Shown here: positions 48,838 to 61,800 of the stretch, in pieces | Numbering within the stretch: the stretch's first letter is position 1 | Layout of the letters: every line of letters begins with the position of its first letter | NCBI RefSeq assembly: GCF_018350175.1 | Contig: NC_058368.1 | Coordinates: 113,648,001-113,712,000 of the forward strand | DNA: 64,000 nucleotides | Origin: Felis catus | Lineage: Eukaryota | Reading direction: 5' to 3' | The notes under the pieces: generated by a model | What the model saw: only the letters and a program-made list of their open reading frames with translations | Databases searched by the model: none | What the model was told of the DNA's origin: nothing | Made by a program: the position numbers and the translations under genes

Positions 48838-50991
48838 AAATAATACAAGCAAAGCTTGGCAAGCATATGGAGTCACAAAACGAAACCTCCCCATAGATGA
48901 CACATACCACCTTCTCCTTGTCCACTACCTCACCCAAGGCACTAAGGTCCAGGAGTGGGAAATGCCTCCCTACACCAGCCCTACCCCACCCATTCAGCCA
49001 ACTGTTTGCCTATCACCTGTACCCATATGAGAAATGACAAGAATTCAATCTATGCTGCCAAGAAAGCTGCTAAATGAACTTAACACACCTCTGTAAGGCC
49101 AGCCAGCAACATTAGTAACTCCGAGGTATATGATATAATCTGGCTATATTCAAAAGCCCAGCATCTTGACGCCTGGTTTCTCCCCCACCCCCAACTATTC
49201 ACATTCAGTCTCTAATATCCAGGATCAAATAGACCTTAAGCACTGGTATTAAAAAAAATAAGCACCAGTTTATGAGTACCTGAAGAGGAACCACCCTGAC
49301 CTCACATTAGTGCTACAAAGAGGTAGTCACTCTGAGAGCAGGCAGTGTCCAACCCATTCTCGCTAACATCATCTGATTAAAAACCTAGCAGTTTTGGCAG
49401 ATACCCCAGAGTGAGAACAACTGGACAGAAGAATTGCACTGTGAAGTGCTAACCTTGAGATCCCAAACACCTACAAAGGCCAGCTAAGGCACTCTGTGCC
49501 TGGGCCAGGGGAGCCAGGACAAGAAAACCTCTTTCTACTAGGCACAGCCACTGAGTGAAGTTTGAATACAGCTAAGTTAATGTGTGAGTGAAAAAAAAAA
49601 AAAAAAAAATCAGACTGTTTGAAATTTGTCAAAGAGCTCCTTGAATGTTCAGGTTTTAAACAGCAATATCCTTAAGGGCGTATTTTTCCTATCAGTCAAT
49701 TTGAACCTCTAATTTCAAATTAATTCAATGATGGAGTTCAGATTCCAAAATAACCAGGTTCTCTGTTGTTCTGACATTCACAGGCTTAGCCGACACCTTG
49801 GAGAAACACAGCCTGCGTTTGGCAGCTGCTCTACTTCCCAGCCCCTCCTCACGTGCTTCCTTTAGATCAAGCAGAGCCCCTATTCAGAAAAGCCATGGCC
49901 TGGGAGGGGAAGGTCTGATGTGCAGCTGGAATCTGGCCTAAGACTGTATTTTCACTGACTTGTCATCTGGGTGCCAGGGGAGAGGAGACAGCCCTTTCCA
50001 CCCAGGGGCTGACTCCCCTTCCACAACCTCCCAGTCATCTCCCTCCCTCAGGCCCTGCTCCAAGGCATTGGGACAGCTAAGGAACCAGGAAGGAGAAGCT
50101 TGGCTTTGGCCCCCAGGACATCTGCATGACCAGCTGCCCCCCCCCCCAGTCCACTGGCTAATCACACCATGGAAAATGATTCCTCCTTAACCAACCCAAG
50201 AGACCAAAACTTGTGCCCAGTCAGATAAAAAAAAAAAAAAAGAGCCCATCTCCTCCAGGAGCAGACCGCAGGCCCCCTTGTGCCTGTCTGTCAGAGTTGG
50301 GTACCACCTGGGTCAACCCCAGAAAGTTCTCAGGCTCTCCTCCTGGCCCCACATCCAAAAACCAGTCAGTTCCCTCCTAAGATAATTTTCACATGAGTTC
50401 CTCTACCGCTTTTAAACAAATTTTGAGTAGCCTGTGTTTCCACAGTCAACAAAAAAGGACAGCACCACAGGGAGAGATGGACTCTGCCAACCACTGGCTG
50501 TGAGGTTTTAGAGGATTGCCTCTCTAAATCTCCATTTTCTTCCCTGTAAAATGAGGTAATGATGCCCATATCAAAGGATACTCTAAGGTAGCACTCATGA
50601 ACATGCTCCAGAAGAAGGTCTGACACAGGCATAGTAGACATTCAAATAAACCAAAGGTTAGTATCTTCTTCCCAGAAGGCTGGAATGCCCAGGGAGTCAT
50701 CAAATTTCAACTGAGGCAAATATCCAAGGACCTCAGACGCCTCATCTGTTCTCAGAAATTAATCACATTTGAGAATGAGCTTATCACTAACAACGGGGAC
50801 AAAAGGGGTTCAGTTCCACCCAGAGATTGCTGTGGTTCTTGTCCCTCAGCCTTGATCCTGACCCTACAACATGCTGCACCACTGCATGCAATCCCACCCT
50901 GTTCCTTTACTCAGGCTTTCCCAGGCACTGGGGCAGATACCCAGAGTGGGGGCGGGGGGCAGCATGTGCACTTTAGCACCTCCAATTCAAT

Positions 50992-51148
50992 CAAGATTGA
51001 CTTCATGGTTAGCGACCAGCACATTCATAAAGGGCCCCATGCTTACAATCACCATACTCTGTTGCCATCTTGAAATCCTTCATAATTTCTGAACAGGCCT
51101 TCAATTTTAATTTTTCACTGGGTACCACAAATCACATACATAGTCCTG
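50992..51148. mobile_element. MER45A-like hAT-Tip100 MITE
   Basis: CTTCATGG..GGGCCCC..CATCTTGAAAT..CACTGGG..GTCCTG; 8-bp TSD-like AATTCAAT/AACTCCAT. Confidence 0.7.
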
Positions 51149-51159
51149 AACTCCATATT

Positions 51160-51800
51160 TCACAATGACTTTCAGCTGTTCTCCCAAACCAACTCTACCT
51201 GTTCCTGATAATGGCCCCACTATCTTCCCTATTACCTGGGCTTGGAATCAGAGACTCTCTTGGTCATGAGCCAGCCACCTGCACGCCCCCCACCCCCAAC
51301 TCCTGACACTGAAAGCTACCAGGCACTTTCAATTCTATTTAGATTTTTGCATTTATCTCCCTCTCCATCCCCACCATGGCTGCTCTACCTCACTCTCTCA
51401 AACCTGTCCTAATAAATACACGACCACACTAGTCTCACCTCCTTCAGGTCCTTCTACCAGTCATCTATCCTCCTTGCCCATGCCAGATTAATCTCACAAA
51501 GGCAAGGATAATCCTAGCATCCTTATGCTTAAAGCCCCTCAAATCTCCTCCCTCTCTTCCATGGCACCATCTCTGTTGCTCTGAAGCTGCTGATAAGCCC
51601 CACCCTGGCCCAGGCTAGGAACAGACCCACCCTTCCTAGAACTTTTAAATCTTTTAGGAAAGCCACAGGACAGGGGCCAGGTCTGCTTTCCCTCCTGGAT
51701 CCTTATTCTACAACAGAACACCACCCACTTCCCGATTTACTACCATCCTTATTATACTGCATGCTCCCGGCAGCCAGAATCCATGCCTGATCCATTCCAT
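51160..51800 (+). mobile_element. L2 fragment
   Basis: AATGGCCCCACTATC..TGCCAGATTAATCT..TGCTTAAAGCCCCTCAA. Confidence 0.6.
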
Positions 51801-54741
51801 CTCCGCTTATCCCAAGCACTCCAGCACAAACAAGAATTGTGTTTCAGTGACTTCTCACAATATGCATTTTCAGTGCTGCCCCAAGCTCATGTTTCAGCCT
51901 TAGCAGGGGTGAGCTCAATGCTGTCACGGTACTTTTTACAACGTATTCAATTTTGCAGGACATCTGTCACCTTTTCTCCTTCCTTTTTCTAGTGACAATA
52001 AACACAGAGGAATTTCATTAAGCATAAACACTCTCAAAATCTACTTCAGTGTAATATGAAAAATCTTTACTAATCCAGCTAATGTGCTTTTCCTCCAACA
52101 CCCAGTGAAATCTGGTTCTCATTTGAATATTTAACAAGCATCATCTTGGTAAACCTCTTTCCCTTGATCTATGTAGAAATAAAAAATGGATTTAGCCCAT
52201 TCAGACTGTGTTTGGTCTTGCACATACATTTTATGCCTCCATTCGAAGTCTTAATCCTATCGTAGCACATTAATTCTGGTTTGTATGAAATGGTGCCAGC
52301 AGAATCCACTTTTTTGCTTCATCCATTTATATTAGTTTCCTTCAGTGAGTCCTGTAATGTTTTAGCTCAGTAGAGAGGCATGCATGTTTTCTCCTTCTAC
52401 AGATTAGGGTAATTTCAAAAACAATAATAATTGCCTATTTTATACCACTAACCAGTAAGAACCTGAAAAATTTGTTTTGTAAAACAAACCAAGATCTAAT
52501 GATCTACATTTGTAGTGCATGTCTTAGCACCGTGTGCTGTGTGTTTTTATACCAATACCATTGTGATTAGAAGAGCTTTTTGCCAAGGAAATATATTTTT
52601 CTATCAATTCTGAAGGCTAACTGTTGCACACAATAAATAAAAATAGAATGCTTTACCAAGTTATTATGAAGCTTTCATTTTGAAAGGTGAGACTCATCGA
52701 ATCTCAAATGATGTAGTTGTCCTTTCTCCCATTTGAGTTGGCTATTGAGTACTGTCACCAGTAAAAGTGGATTTGAATCAAGGTTTGTAACATAATAATT
52801 TTGGAGTAACTCCCTCCCTTTTCATTTCGATGTATACAGCAGACATGCTAATAATTGAGACTGTAATGTGCATGGCTAACATGCCCCATTCAGTACTCAT
52901 GTATTATGGAAAAATAACAACAACAAATTCCCTGGACATACTCCTGACAGTGGCTTTTGCATGATTATGACTAGCATTTCAGATACAAACACTCTTTTGC
53001 TTACATGCCATCCTTAGTACGTGGGCAGTTATTTATCCTATGTGTGTTTTTTCTACCGCACTGTTAGCTTTATGAGGTCCCAGCTATAAATTGTATATAC
53101 ATGATTATGTATATATTATGTTATTTATTATTATATAGATAGGTATATACTCAATTATATATGCCACTTTTGATCCTGGTGCTACTGTCAAAGTACTACA
53201 GGTATGTGTATGGAAAAGAAACTTTCCCTTGTTTCCTGAGGATCTTCTAGAGCACTAGTAGCCTATGAATCCAAGACACCTTCAAGGCCATGAGTTTGAG
53301 TTTTAGGAAGAGAGAAGATGAAGGTTATTTGACTTTTTAAAATCCCTTTCCACATTACTATGTTCTTCACCTTCTTACAAACCAAAGACAAATATTAGAA
53401 GGCTTCTCCCTTCCTCAAATTTCACAAGTAGTTGTTTTGCTTAGCAAAATAAGGCATGCTTCTGAAATAAAACTCAAAACCAGATCCCATTTGGTCCTGC
53501 CAGAAAGTGATTATGGAATTCGCTGTCAATGCAAACAGCTCCACAAACACATCCCAAACCCCCTGATTCCACTAAAAAGCAGTGCAGGGAATTCAGAATG
53601 AGAAGCCGCTTCACATACACCTCTCATTAAAAATAATTGTCAATTCCCTGTGTGCTCTCTGTGATCCTCTGGGGTAGCTACAAGAAAGGAAAAATGAAAA
53701 CAAGAGCTGTATCTACCAAAAACAGCCCACAAATAAAAAACTCTCCCAATATCTAAGACCAAGAGAACTTGGGCCCAAAATATCATTGTACTGAAAGCTA
53801 AAACCGGTAAAATATCTGTCTTCAATTCTCTACTTCTTTCGGTATGACAAAACCTAGCCACGGGAATCGAAAGCTTGTAAATTCAAGGAGCAAAAGGTTT
53901 CATTCCATGTGAAGCCATGTTCTTGCTCGAGATTAGTTTATAGTAAGCTGATTTATCAGCACCGTGGACAGTTCAGGGCAGCATTACTGAGAAATGTTGC
54001 TACTGCACCAAAGACCTCTACATCACAGCAATGATGTAATTAGGGAGTAGAGAGGAAATCAAGATGTCATTGTGTTTTATTTTGCCTTGTTTTGTTGGCA
54101 GACAACATGGGGTGAGAGGCAGGGAAGCAACAGAATGTCAACAAAAAAAATCAAAGTCTTAAAAGTCTATTTTGACTGTGGTGGCATCCACTGACCCCCT
54201 GGGTTTCACTTTTTCAAACTAAATTTAGCTGTTTGTGTACAGATTGACACAAACATATACCACGCCCACCCATGGCAAATATTGACATCCTTGGTGCACA
54301 AAGATGTCATAGGCAAGGAGAGAAGACAGACATTAACTGGGATCAGGGGAAAAAAATGTAAGAAACACAAAATCTCTCAGTCCATCCACTGTACTCAAGG
54401 AAAGAGCAGGTGAGAAGAGGGAAGATAAGTCTTGACAGAAAAAAAGTAGGATCATTTTGTTTCTATTACTATGGTCCAGTCTGCACAACTTCAGGCTGGC
54501 TTATCTGATAAGCAAAACCTTGGCCTGAATGAGTGTTGATGACAACTTAGCAATGAAGAGAAAGTCTAAGAGAGCAGTTGTTCCTATCCCAACTCTGATA
54601 CCACCAGGGTGGACTCTGAGTCAACTACAAAAGCCCTCCAAAGTACCCAGAAGAATGGAATACACATTTAGAGGATCATTGACCTGTTGCTCAGATGTGA
54701 TTCAATAACAATCACATGAAGAAGCATTTAAAATGTCCTTT

Positions 54742-54946
54742 TTTATGTTTATTTACTTATTTTGAAAAAGAGAGAGAGAATGCATAGGCACACAAGCAGA
54801 GGAAGGGCAGAGAGAGAAGGTGAGAGAGAATCCCAAGCAGACTCCACACTGTCAGCGCAGAGCCCAATGTGGGGCTCGAACCCATGAAATGTGTGAAGTG
54901 AAATCAAGAGTCAGATGCTTAACTGACTGAGCTACCCAAGTGCCCC
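54742..54946 (-). mobile_element. Can-SINE
   Basis: Minus-strand head ends at 54946; degenerate TAAAAT..CTTTT TSD. Confidence 0.92.
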
Positions 54947-56246
54947 TAAAATCTCTTTTACATGACCAATAGAGTCCCTATAAATCCACACCAGCACCTC
55001 AGCAGCCTGCTGATGTGGGGAGGGGCACAAAGTGATATGGCTTTCTGGGGTCATGAGCTGAGTTCCCTAGAAAAAAAGTCACAATGATTTCTCCCAGAAA
55101 TGTTGGAGAGGGATTCACAGTGATTAGTACTCTCAATGAAAAGTGGATATTGATTCCTCATGGAAGCATTAATAAACATGAAAGTTAAGCGATTTGCATG
55201 ATGAGAATGTTGTTTTCCCTTAATTTTGTTTTGGCAAAGTAAAATGAAGGCTCTGGAACAATTAATCACAAATGCTGAATTACAGCAATAAATGACAGAT
55301 CTTCTCAATCCTGGGCCAAGGATTCTGTCAAATCATATACATGTAAAGAATGCATTTTTTGCCTTTAGATACCAGCTTTTTGAAAAGCTGTCACACATAG
55401 TTTGGAACACTTAAAGATAAAGCAGAACTCTATCTGTTTCTCTTTTTTAACCCAGAGAAAATAATATATGAGTAAATGGACTCTTTTTTCCAAATTAAGC
55501 ACCAAATCAGATACACACTGTCTTAAAGGGCTTCTTCAGATGCATGTTCAATTCTCAAATCTTTGGATAATGAGTTCATTCAGCTAGGAATTGAGAGGAA
55601 ACGAAGCCAAATTTTGAAGTGTTAACAATAGACTTTGTACCCTACATAAGAGAATGTACTCATTTTTCATCATAATAGCACTGCTTCACTATCATATTCC
55701 AGAGCAACTTTCCTGGAAAGACCTGGGTCTACTGACAGGTATCACTTTAAGGACAATAAAGAAGTTACTTTCTCCAAATGAGAGTCATATGATACTAGAA
55801 GAGGTGAAGGGGTTTGTCCAGGGTCCCCCCATAACTTACCAAGAAGGAAGGATCCTTCCTTACAGATGGTTTTGTCTCCAGGGTAGCACTACAGACACCA
55901 GGCTGCCGGAATCAAACCAAGCTAGTTGCTCTCAGAATATCCAGCATGTCTCCTAGGAGACAGGGCCATGCTGGCCTAACAGGGTTTATGGGAGGAACAA
56001 CTGCTTTATGGAGCCTAACTAAGGATAATACTAAAGAAACAGTGGCCAAAGTCATAGTCCTGAGATGTCTTGAATGGTAGAAACCACTTTTCCCTGGGTG
56101 TGTGCTGATGTGGTCCACAATAGGTTGCTCCTGGTCTCTGGGGCCTGCAAACCCAAAATCTGAGATATTTCAGGATCTGCACTTACCATGAGCTCACTCC
56201 TTCCTGCCAGCCACCAACTTTCCTTATGGCTTAGAATTCAGGTACT

Positions 56247-56466
56247 GGGGCACCCGGGTGGCTCAATCGGTTGAGCGTCTGACTTCACCCAGGTCATCAT
56301 CTCACAGTTCCTGAGTTCGAGCCCCGCGTCGGGCTCTGTGCTGACAGCTCAGAGCCTGGAGCGTGCTTCAGATTCTGTGTCTCCCTCTCTCTCTGTCACA
56401 TCCCCACTCGTGCTCTGTCTCTTTCTGTCTTAAAAATAAATAAAACATTAAAAAATTTAAAAAAAA
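56247..56466 (+). mobile_element. Can-SINE (felid)
   Basis: TSD AGAATTC(AG/TG)(G/T)TACT at 56233-56246 and 56467-56480. Confidence 0.95.
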
Positions 56467-56964
56467 AGAATTCTGTTACTAATTTATTTTCCCAGTCCAA
56501 TTTAATACACCATACCAGTCACATGAGAGGCCACAGGCTAAGCCTGGGAAACCTTGGTAGCTATGCATGGTCTTTGATCATCACTGCTCTCTGGTACTCA
56601 GTTGCTTCTCTGAATCTTCAGACACTCTTACCATTTATCAGGAGGTAAGACTGGCATCAGATAAGACTGCCCAATCCAGCATTCAAAGCTCTTCTTTTGA
56701 TAGGAGGGAAAAATATGATTTTACAGTACTATAAAAGTAACATAACCCAGTAATTCATGCATCACAATTTATGTAGCTGCTTGTACAACTTTTAATATTT
56801 ACTAAGAGAATGATTTCTTCTCTCCTTCTGGTAAATTGAGATACAGTGTGCCCCTTAAACCTTCCCTCTGATACTCCAGCTGTATGAAATACTCAAGAAT
56901 CTCAGTAGCCCGATTCTGATGGTATCTTCATATCCAATCACCCAAATTCTAACCAGCTTAAGAC

Positions 56965-57800
56965 TTCTGATGAATTTATTCAATCACAAATTTTATTGAA
57001 CAGAATAATGTTGTGGCATAATTATCACTACTGGCAATGGTATCAAAATAGACTCTTTTTGTCCTCAAGGAGATAATAATGTTGGGGGCAAAAAATCCAT
57101 AACCAGTAAAATGATGATCTCTAGGACCTAAAACAGAAGTCTGGAATGGATACCATGGTAGACCCAAACAATAACTGGCCACTTAAATTCAATGGGAAAT
57201 TTGTATAAATTTTATCTATGAGACTATCATCATGTTCCCAAATATGTTGTTTCAATATAATAGAGCCTGACAGCTACAGAAGAAATTCATTGTTAACACA
57301 CACTACCAACTACCGCACATCTGCTAGTGGGTATATTAACCTTTGTTTCAAGAAACCATTCAATAAATATGAAACAAGTCTGCAAGTAGTTTAGTCACAG
57401 TGTCTTCCAGTACTCATCCCACTTAATGGTCTAGGGCTTCTCAGTTTAGCTTGATATCCAGGAGAGAGGAAATTGAAATTTGAGAGCAACTCATCGATGG
57501 GGAAATCACTAGGTAAGATGAGGCTTCACTATCCAGGAGGAGTTTCACATATGGCTGATTCTGAGCAAAAACCCACACATGAGCAGATACCTGCAGAGGT
57601 CCTCATGAATTTTTCAGAAGGAGATCAAAGAGAAAATAGACATGAATGGGTTAGAGCAGAATGATATGAAGTGGAAACAGTGCTGGCATGGATTGGAATT
57701 TAGATAAAGTCTATCCATGCAGAATGAGCTTGAGCAGAATACAACATTCCTAGGCTCAAGGAGACAAACGAGTCATGTCAGTGCAGGACACTGGGAGCGT
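56965..57800 (-). mobile_element. Old L2 fragments (56965-57200 and ~57450-57800) interrupting unit U5
   Basis: ATTCAATCACAAATTTTATTGAAC terminus in reverse orientation and purine-rich L2 body. Confidence 0.55.
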
Positions 57801-60800
57801 ATGAGCAGTTCCTGGCATTCCAACTCAATGTCACTCACAGAGATTGTTAAAACCATACCAAGAATCAAAAATCTACTCAAATCTCATACCCTGGAATGAC
57901 TATTCCTTCTGACAAAGTTGCCGCAGTCAGTCACACAGGCAGTACAATGCATATGAAAGGTATCCCTGGAGTTATGCAGGGCTGAAACCCCAACAAGGAT
58001 GTGTGAACACTTAATTCAACAATTTAATTAGCCAACTTTTGAGTGTGAGTACCTAGTCTGTGCTAGTGTGGGAGACACTGGAGATGCAAAGATTTAAAAG
58101 CACACACTCAGAATTACCACATCCCTTTTATTTCAACAAAAATGTGTTGCCTTTTCAAACTATCCCAGAGAAACAAAGAGAGGAATTTCTTCCTCAAACA
58201 AGATAAATCTCCTTCAGTTCAAAACCAAGGGAGAGCCGCATGTGAGGGATACAACCAAAGGACACAAGATGAGAAAATCCACAGAAATGACTCACTTCTG
58301 TTCAGTGGTTACTGAAAATAAAGAAAACAGTGGTAGTGTATGCAATGCCAAGAAATATAGGCAGGTAATTAGAGAAATGCTGACGTGTCTTCTAAAGAGA
58401 GATGGTTTCTTTGGGGACTCAGCATCATCACTGCAGTGATTCCTCATTCTAGACTGGGCTTAACTCTCACTGATAGGTCAGAGCAGTACATATCAGAGGG
58501 AACAGCCCTGGGTGACCTGCACCTGCTGAAGGACCTCAATAAGACACACTTGACTGTAGGTTTGAGACATATGCACTGGACCAGCAAAACATTCATGAGG
58601 AAGCCACAAGCCTTGGTCATCATTTCCAAAAATGGCTCCCAGATCACGTTCTCTTAATCACCCTGGAAGAGCTGTGGGGGGCGGGGGTGGGGGTGAGGGG
58701 TTAGAAACCTGTACTTCCTAAATTCCCTACAACAAATATATATTACTTTGTAATAAGAGAAACCATTTTTTAGAGAACAGAAAATATTAAGTATTGCCTG
58801 GGCAATATCTTTTAGCTGTGGATGCCTTAACTTTGCAAAATAAGCCCTTCTTGAAAGAGTCAGTGAGTCTGGCCTTCGGTCAAGTTTTTATGGTAAGAAT
58901 TTGTGCTATGAAATTTAGGAAGCGTTTCTGTTCTTCAAATATTTCTTTTTCTTTCATCTAAATTTCTCCTGAGGTAAGAGTTCCCTTTCTTGATTCTTCA
59001 CTTTTAGCAAAAATCTATCTTTCCCGAGTTCATAATATTGTCCCTTTGAGAAAAAGTATGTAATCTATACATACAAAGGAAGCACTTGACCACCAAACAA
59101 AAATACACCAATTAGCCCACATACTACAAGAACATGTGCCAAAATGAATATGAGAAGAAGCTGATTTGGATGGTTTTACCATCTTCTGAGCCCCTAAGGG
59201 TAGACCATCAACTTGGCTAGGCTTATTTGAAATAATGTTTATCAACAGGGAAACAGAAAACACACAAGGTGGAAAGAGTGTGTACCCCTCATGGTTTTCT
59301 CAGTAAAGGTGCATACACAATTAAGAGTAGGTGAGCAGCCCTGAGCAGGCAGCCTGGGTTCAGAGCCCTGTGTTGAACGAGCATGCTGGGGACCGCCTGT
59401 TGAACAAGCAGGGTCCTCCTCTTACTCAAAGTGAGTGGGTGTGGATGTATAGGTCATGCAGTTTCCTAGGAGCTAAAACAAGACTCATTACTGAATTCAA
59501 GGGCAAAGGAAACTCCTTGAGGCCTGAGACAAAAACATTTTTCAAATAAATGCCCGAAGCAGCTGTCTTGTTGCCCAACCAAGCCCAACAATCCCTAAAA
59601 CTGACTTCCCTTCTCAGATAAAACAGGGCACCTCCAACCCCAAAGCTTTGGGACGGGGGGGGGGGGGGGTGGTTCCCACTGGTGAAGAGGTAGTCCCAAG
59701 AGCAAGTTACCCTTGCATGCTACACAGGGACAGAAGCCAATTCAAGGCCAAGGGTAAAATAAAACACCATTCCTAACAGATGGAGTTCTGAGGAAACATT
59801 TCAGCAAGTGACTCCTTTGGGTAACTATCTATAGAGCTGACAAAGGCTGCCTAGTAGTTTAACTGGTGCTGTATCCTTTTTCTGGACTGGTTCATCTGGA
59901 ATATAATTCCACCCTGACCTGAAGATGTGTATGGTTTCCAGCTTATTGATTCTTACCACCTCTGAGGTTTTTATCAACATCAACAACAAGGCACCTGCTC
60001 CCTTCAGGAGCTGACGGTACACTGGGGGAGACAAAGGAAAAATAACGACTAGGTGAGTTATTACAAGGGAAAACTGTAAGCACTTGTGTCATTCATAGGG
60101 ATACACTATATTTTGGGGAACTAAAGCAATCCAGAAAGTCTTCCTGGAGGGGCAGGTTTAGAAATTGAAGTTCAAGGTCCACCTGGGGTATTAGGACAAT
60201 GGAAAGGTATGCTAGGAGGGGGGCTTGGCAAGCATGAATGCATGAGGCAGAAAGTATAGACAGTTTGTAGAGACTGCAAGTCAACAAGCCCAGTATAGGA
60301 GACAATTTGTGTAGGAGGATGAGAAGGATGGGGCAGTTAGGATTAAATTGTAAAGGGTCTTGAAAGTCAGGCTAAGAAGTTGGCTCTAATTCATCAACAG
60401 CAGGCAGTCTTTGAAAGCACCAATGCAGGTACACTTAAAGACAATATAGAAGGTAAATACAGAGCAGCCTGCAAGATGGTCTGGGGTATGGGAAGCCTAT
60501 GTTGGAAAATGGGTGAAGGCTCCAGAAGCCCGGGATGCCTGGCTCCTGCACTGGCAGGACTGAGAAGGTTAAGGACTATGATTCTTCTGAACCTCCTGCC
60601 CTGTCTGATTAATCATGTTCCCAGAAGGGGACTGAGCCCATACAATGCAAGACCCCTAGAGAGAATCTTCCAGGTCAAGGACAAGTCAAGAATCAACCTG
60701 TCTACTGTACTTAGGGGACATAGAGGAGCCAAGAAACAGAGCTCAGGAGCTACTCTCTGCCCCTGCCCCTGTGCCCCAACCCTACAGAAGACAAAGTCAG

Positions 60801-60959
60801 CTTGTCCATTCGGCCAGCCCACTAAGGGTCCAGGCAGATCCTGTACACACAGAAAGGACAATGACGACTGTGTCCACTACAGAGGCAGGTAACACAGGGT
60901 CACAAAGACTCTCTAGGCAAGTTCACCCTGTGGGTTTCTACCTGTTCTACTTGAACTTG

Positions 60960-61800
60960 ACGCAAAATTCATCATTAGAAATTCATGCATTTCTAATAAA
61001 AATGCAATCCCTTATACTGGCTAAGAGGTCCTGCATGATCTTCAAAGCCCTGCCTGACTATTTCACCACACATATGCACACTTGATATACTCCAGGCACA
61101 TTTGTTTTCATCCCTCAAATGTGCCACATTCATTCTCACCTCTGGGCTCCACACTTGCTGTTCCCTCCACCTAGCATGCCCTTCCCCCAGGTCTTAAGTC
61201 AGCTGCCTCCACTCCACTCGCATTCATCCCTTTTAGGAAGGCCTTATAGACCGAAGTTTTGTGCCCACCAAAGAGGTACACCTCACCTGCACATCTACCA
61301 CATCACTGCTTCATGTCGTCTTTTTTTAAATTGTCATTATGGAAGTACAGTTGCCGTACAATGCTATAGTCCTTTCAGGTGCACAACATAATGATTTTCC
61401 ATTAATATACATTATGAAAGGTTTGCCACAGGAAGTGCGGTTACCATCTGTCCCCATGCACCATTATTACAATATTATTGATTACATTCCCTAGGCTGTA
61501 CTTCTCATCCCTGTAACTTACTTATCCTATAACTGGAGCAGTTTTATCTCTCAGTCTACTTCACCTATTTCACTGACTCCCCCACGTGACCCAACTGCCC
61601 CATCTTCTTATTTGCACTTAGCTCTATCAGAAACTGTAACTTACCTAAGTGTTTGGTGTGTGGTCTGTCCCTATCACAATGCAATGTCTAAAGGAGCAGG
61701 GACCTTTTCAAGTCTTGTTCACTTGTGTCTCTCCAGTGTCTGAAAAGTGCCTGGTACATGGTGGTGGTCAACAAATATTTGTCACATAAGTGAAATAATT
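60960..61800 (+). mobile_element. L2 3' region (a minus-strand L2 piece lies at ~60050-60500)
   Basis: AGTGCCTGGTACATGGTGGTGGTCAACAAATATTTG terminus. Confidence 0.75.
61320..61585 (-). mobile_element. Older L1 3' end (L1MA/L1_Carn-like) inside L2
   Basis: T-run then TTTCAGGTGCACAACATAATGATT..GTTACCATCTGTC..ACAATATTATTGA. Confidence 0.8.

Larger units (their letters stand above)
40400..52030 (+). pseudogene. ABCA5/6-subfamily intronless fossil unit U4
   Basis: MFNISV from 40400; RQ..LLF.NFL ~40463-40499; QIM ~40724; G..MALQ ~41241-41261; EDYLDSGV 42505-42528; SLKNIICG 45802-45825 (cf. TLMNILCG); SNLDS ~46777-46791; WRYQRHAVCR 48359-48388 (cf. LWRQQICAIAR); FITSIASTNI ~48569-48598 (cf. FIQSVEHQNI); NNGDK ~50789; YSILQ ~51944-51958. 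Confidence 0.8.
52056..59170 (+). pseudogene. ABCA5/6-subfamily intronless fossil unit U5 (most compact copy)
   Basis: LFPL ~52155; LNP ~52250; IRVI ~52403; LKAN ~52610; SFLPFELAI ~52720-52746; GL*HNNF ~52782-52802 (cf. GLRDSAF); LLTVAFA*L*L 52941-52973; YG.RNFPLF ~53209-53235; NSLCALCDP 53642-53668; LSV*QN 53836-53853 (LSGGQK with G-to-T changes); YRLT 54238-54249; LTSLV 54282-54296; KHES*A 55174-55191; LR.ISG 56160-56175; IYVAAC 56767-56784; ISFSSKPRE 58207-58233; GHKMRKST ~58260-58283. Confidence 0.85.

Noticed and set aside
52100..53260. Helitron RepHel/PIF1 helicase remnant (VAFA..QxQTL, HC*LYE resembling HGQLYV, terminal CTAG)
   Set aside because: Motif spacing fits poorly. The same bases align in register with ABCA TMD1, and the ABCA reading continues collinearly for another 6 kb and in six other units.
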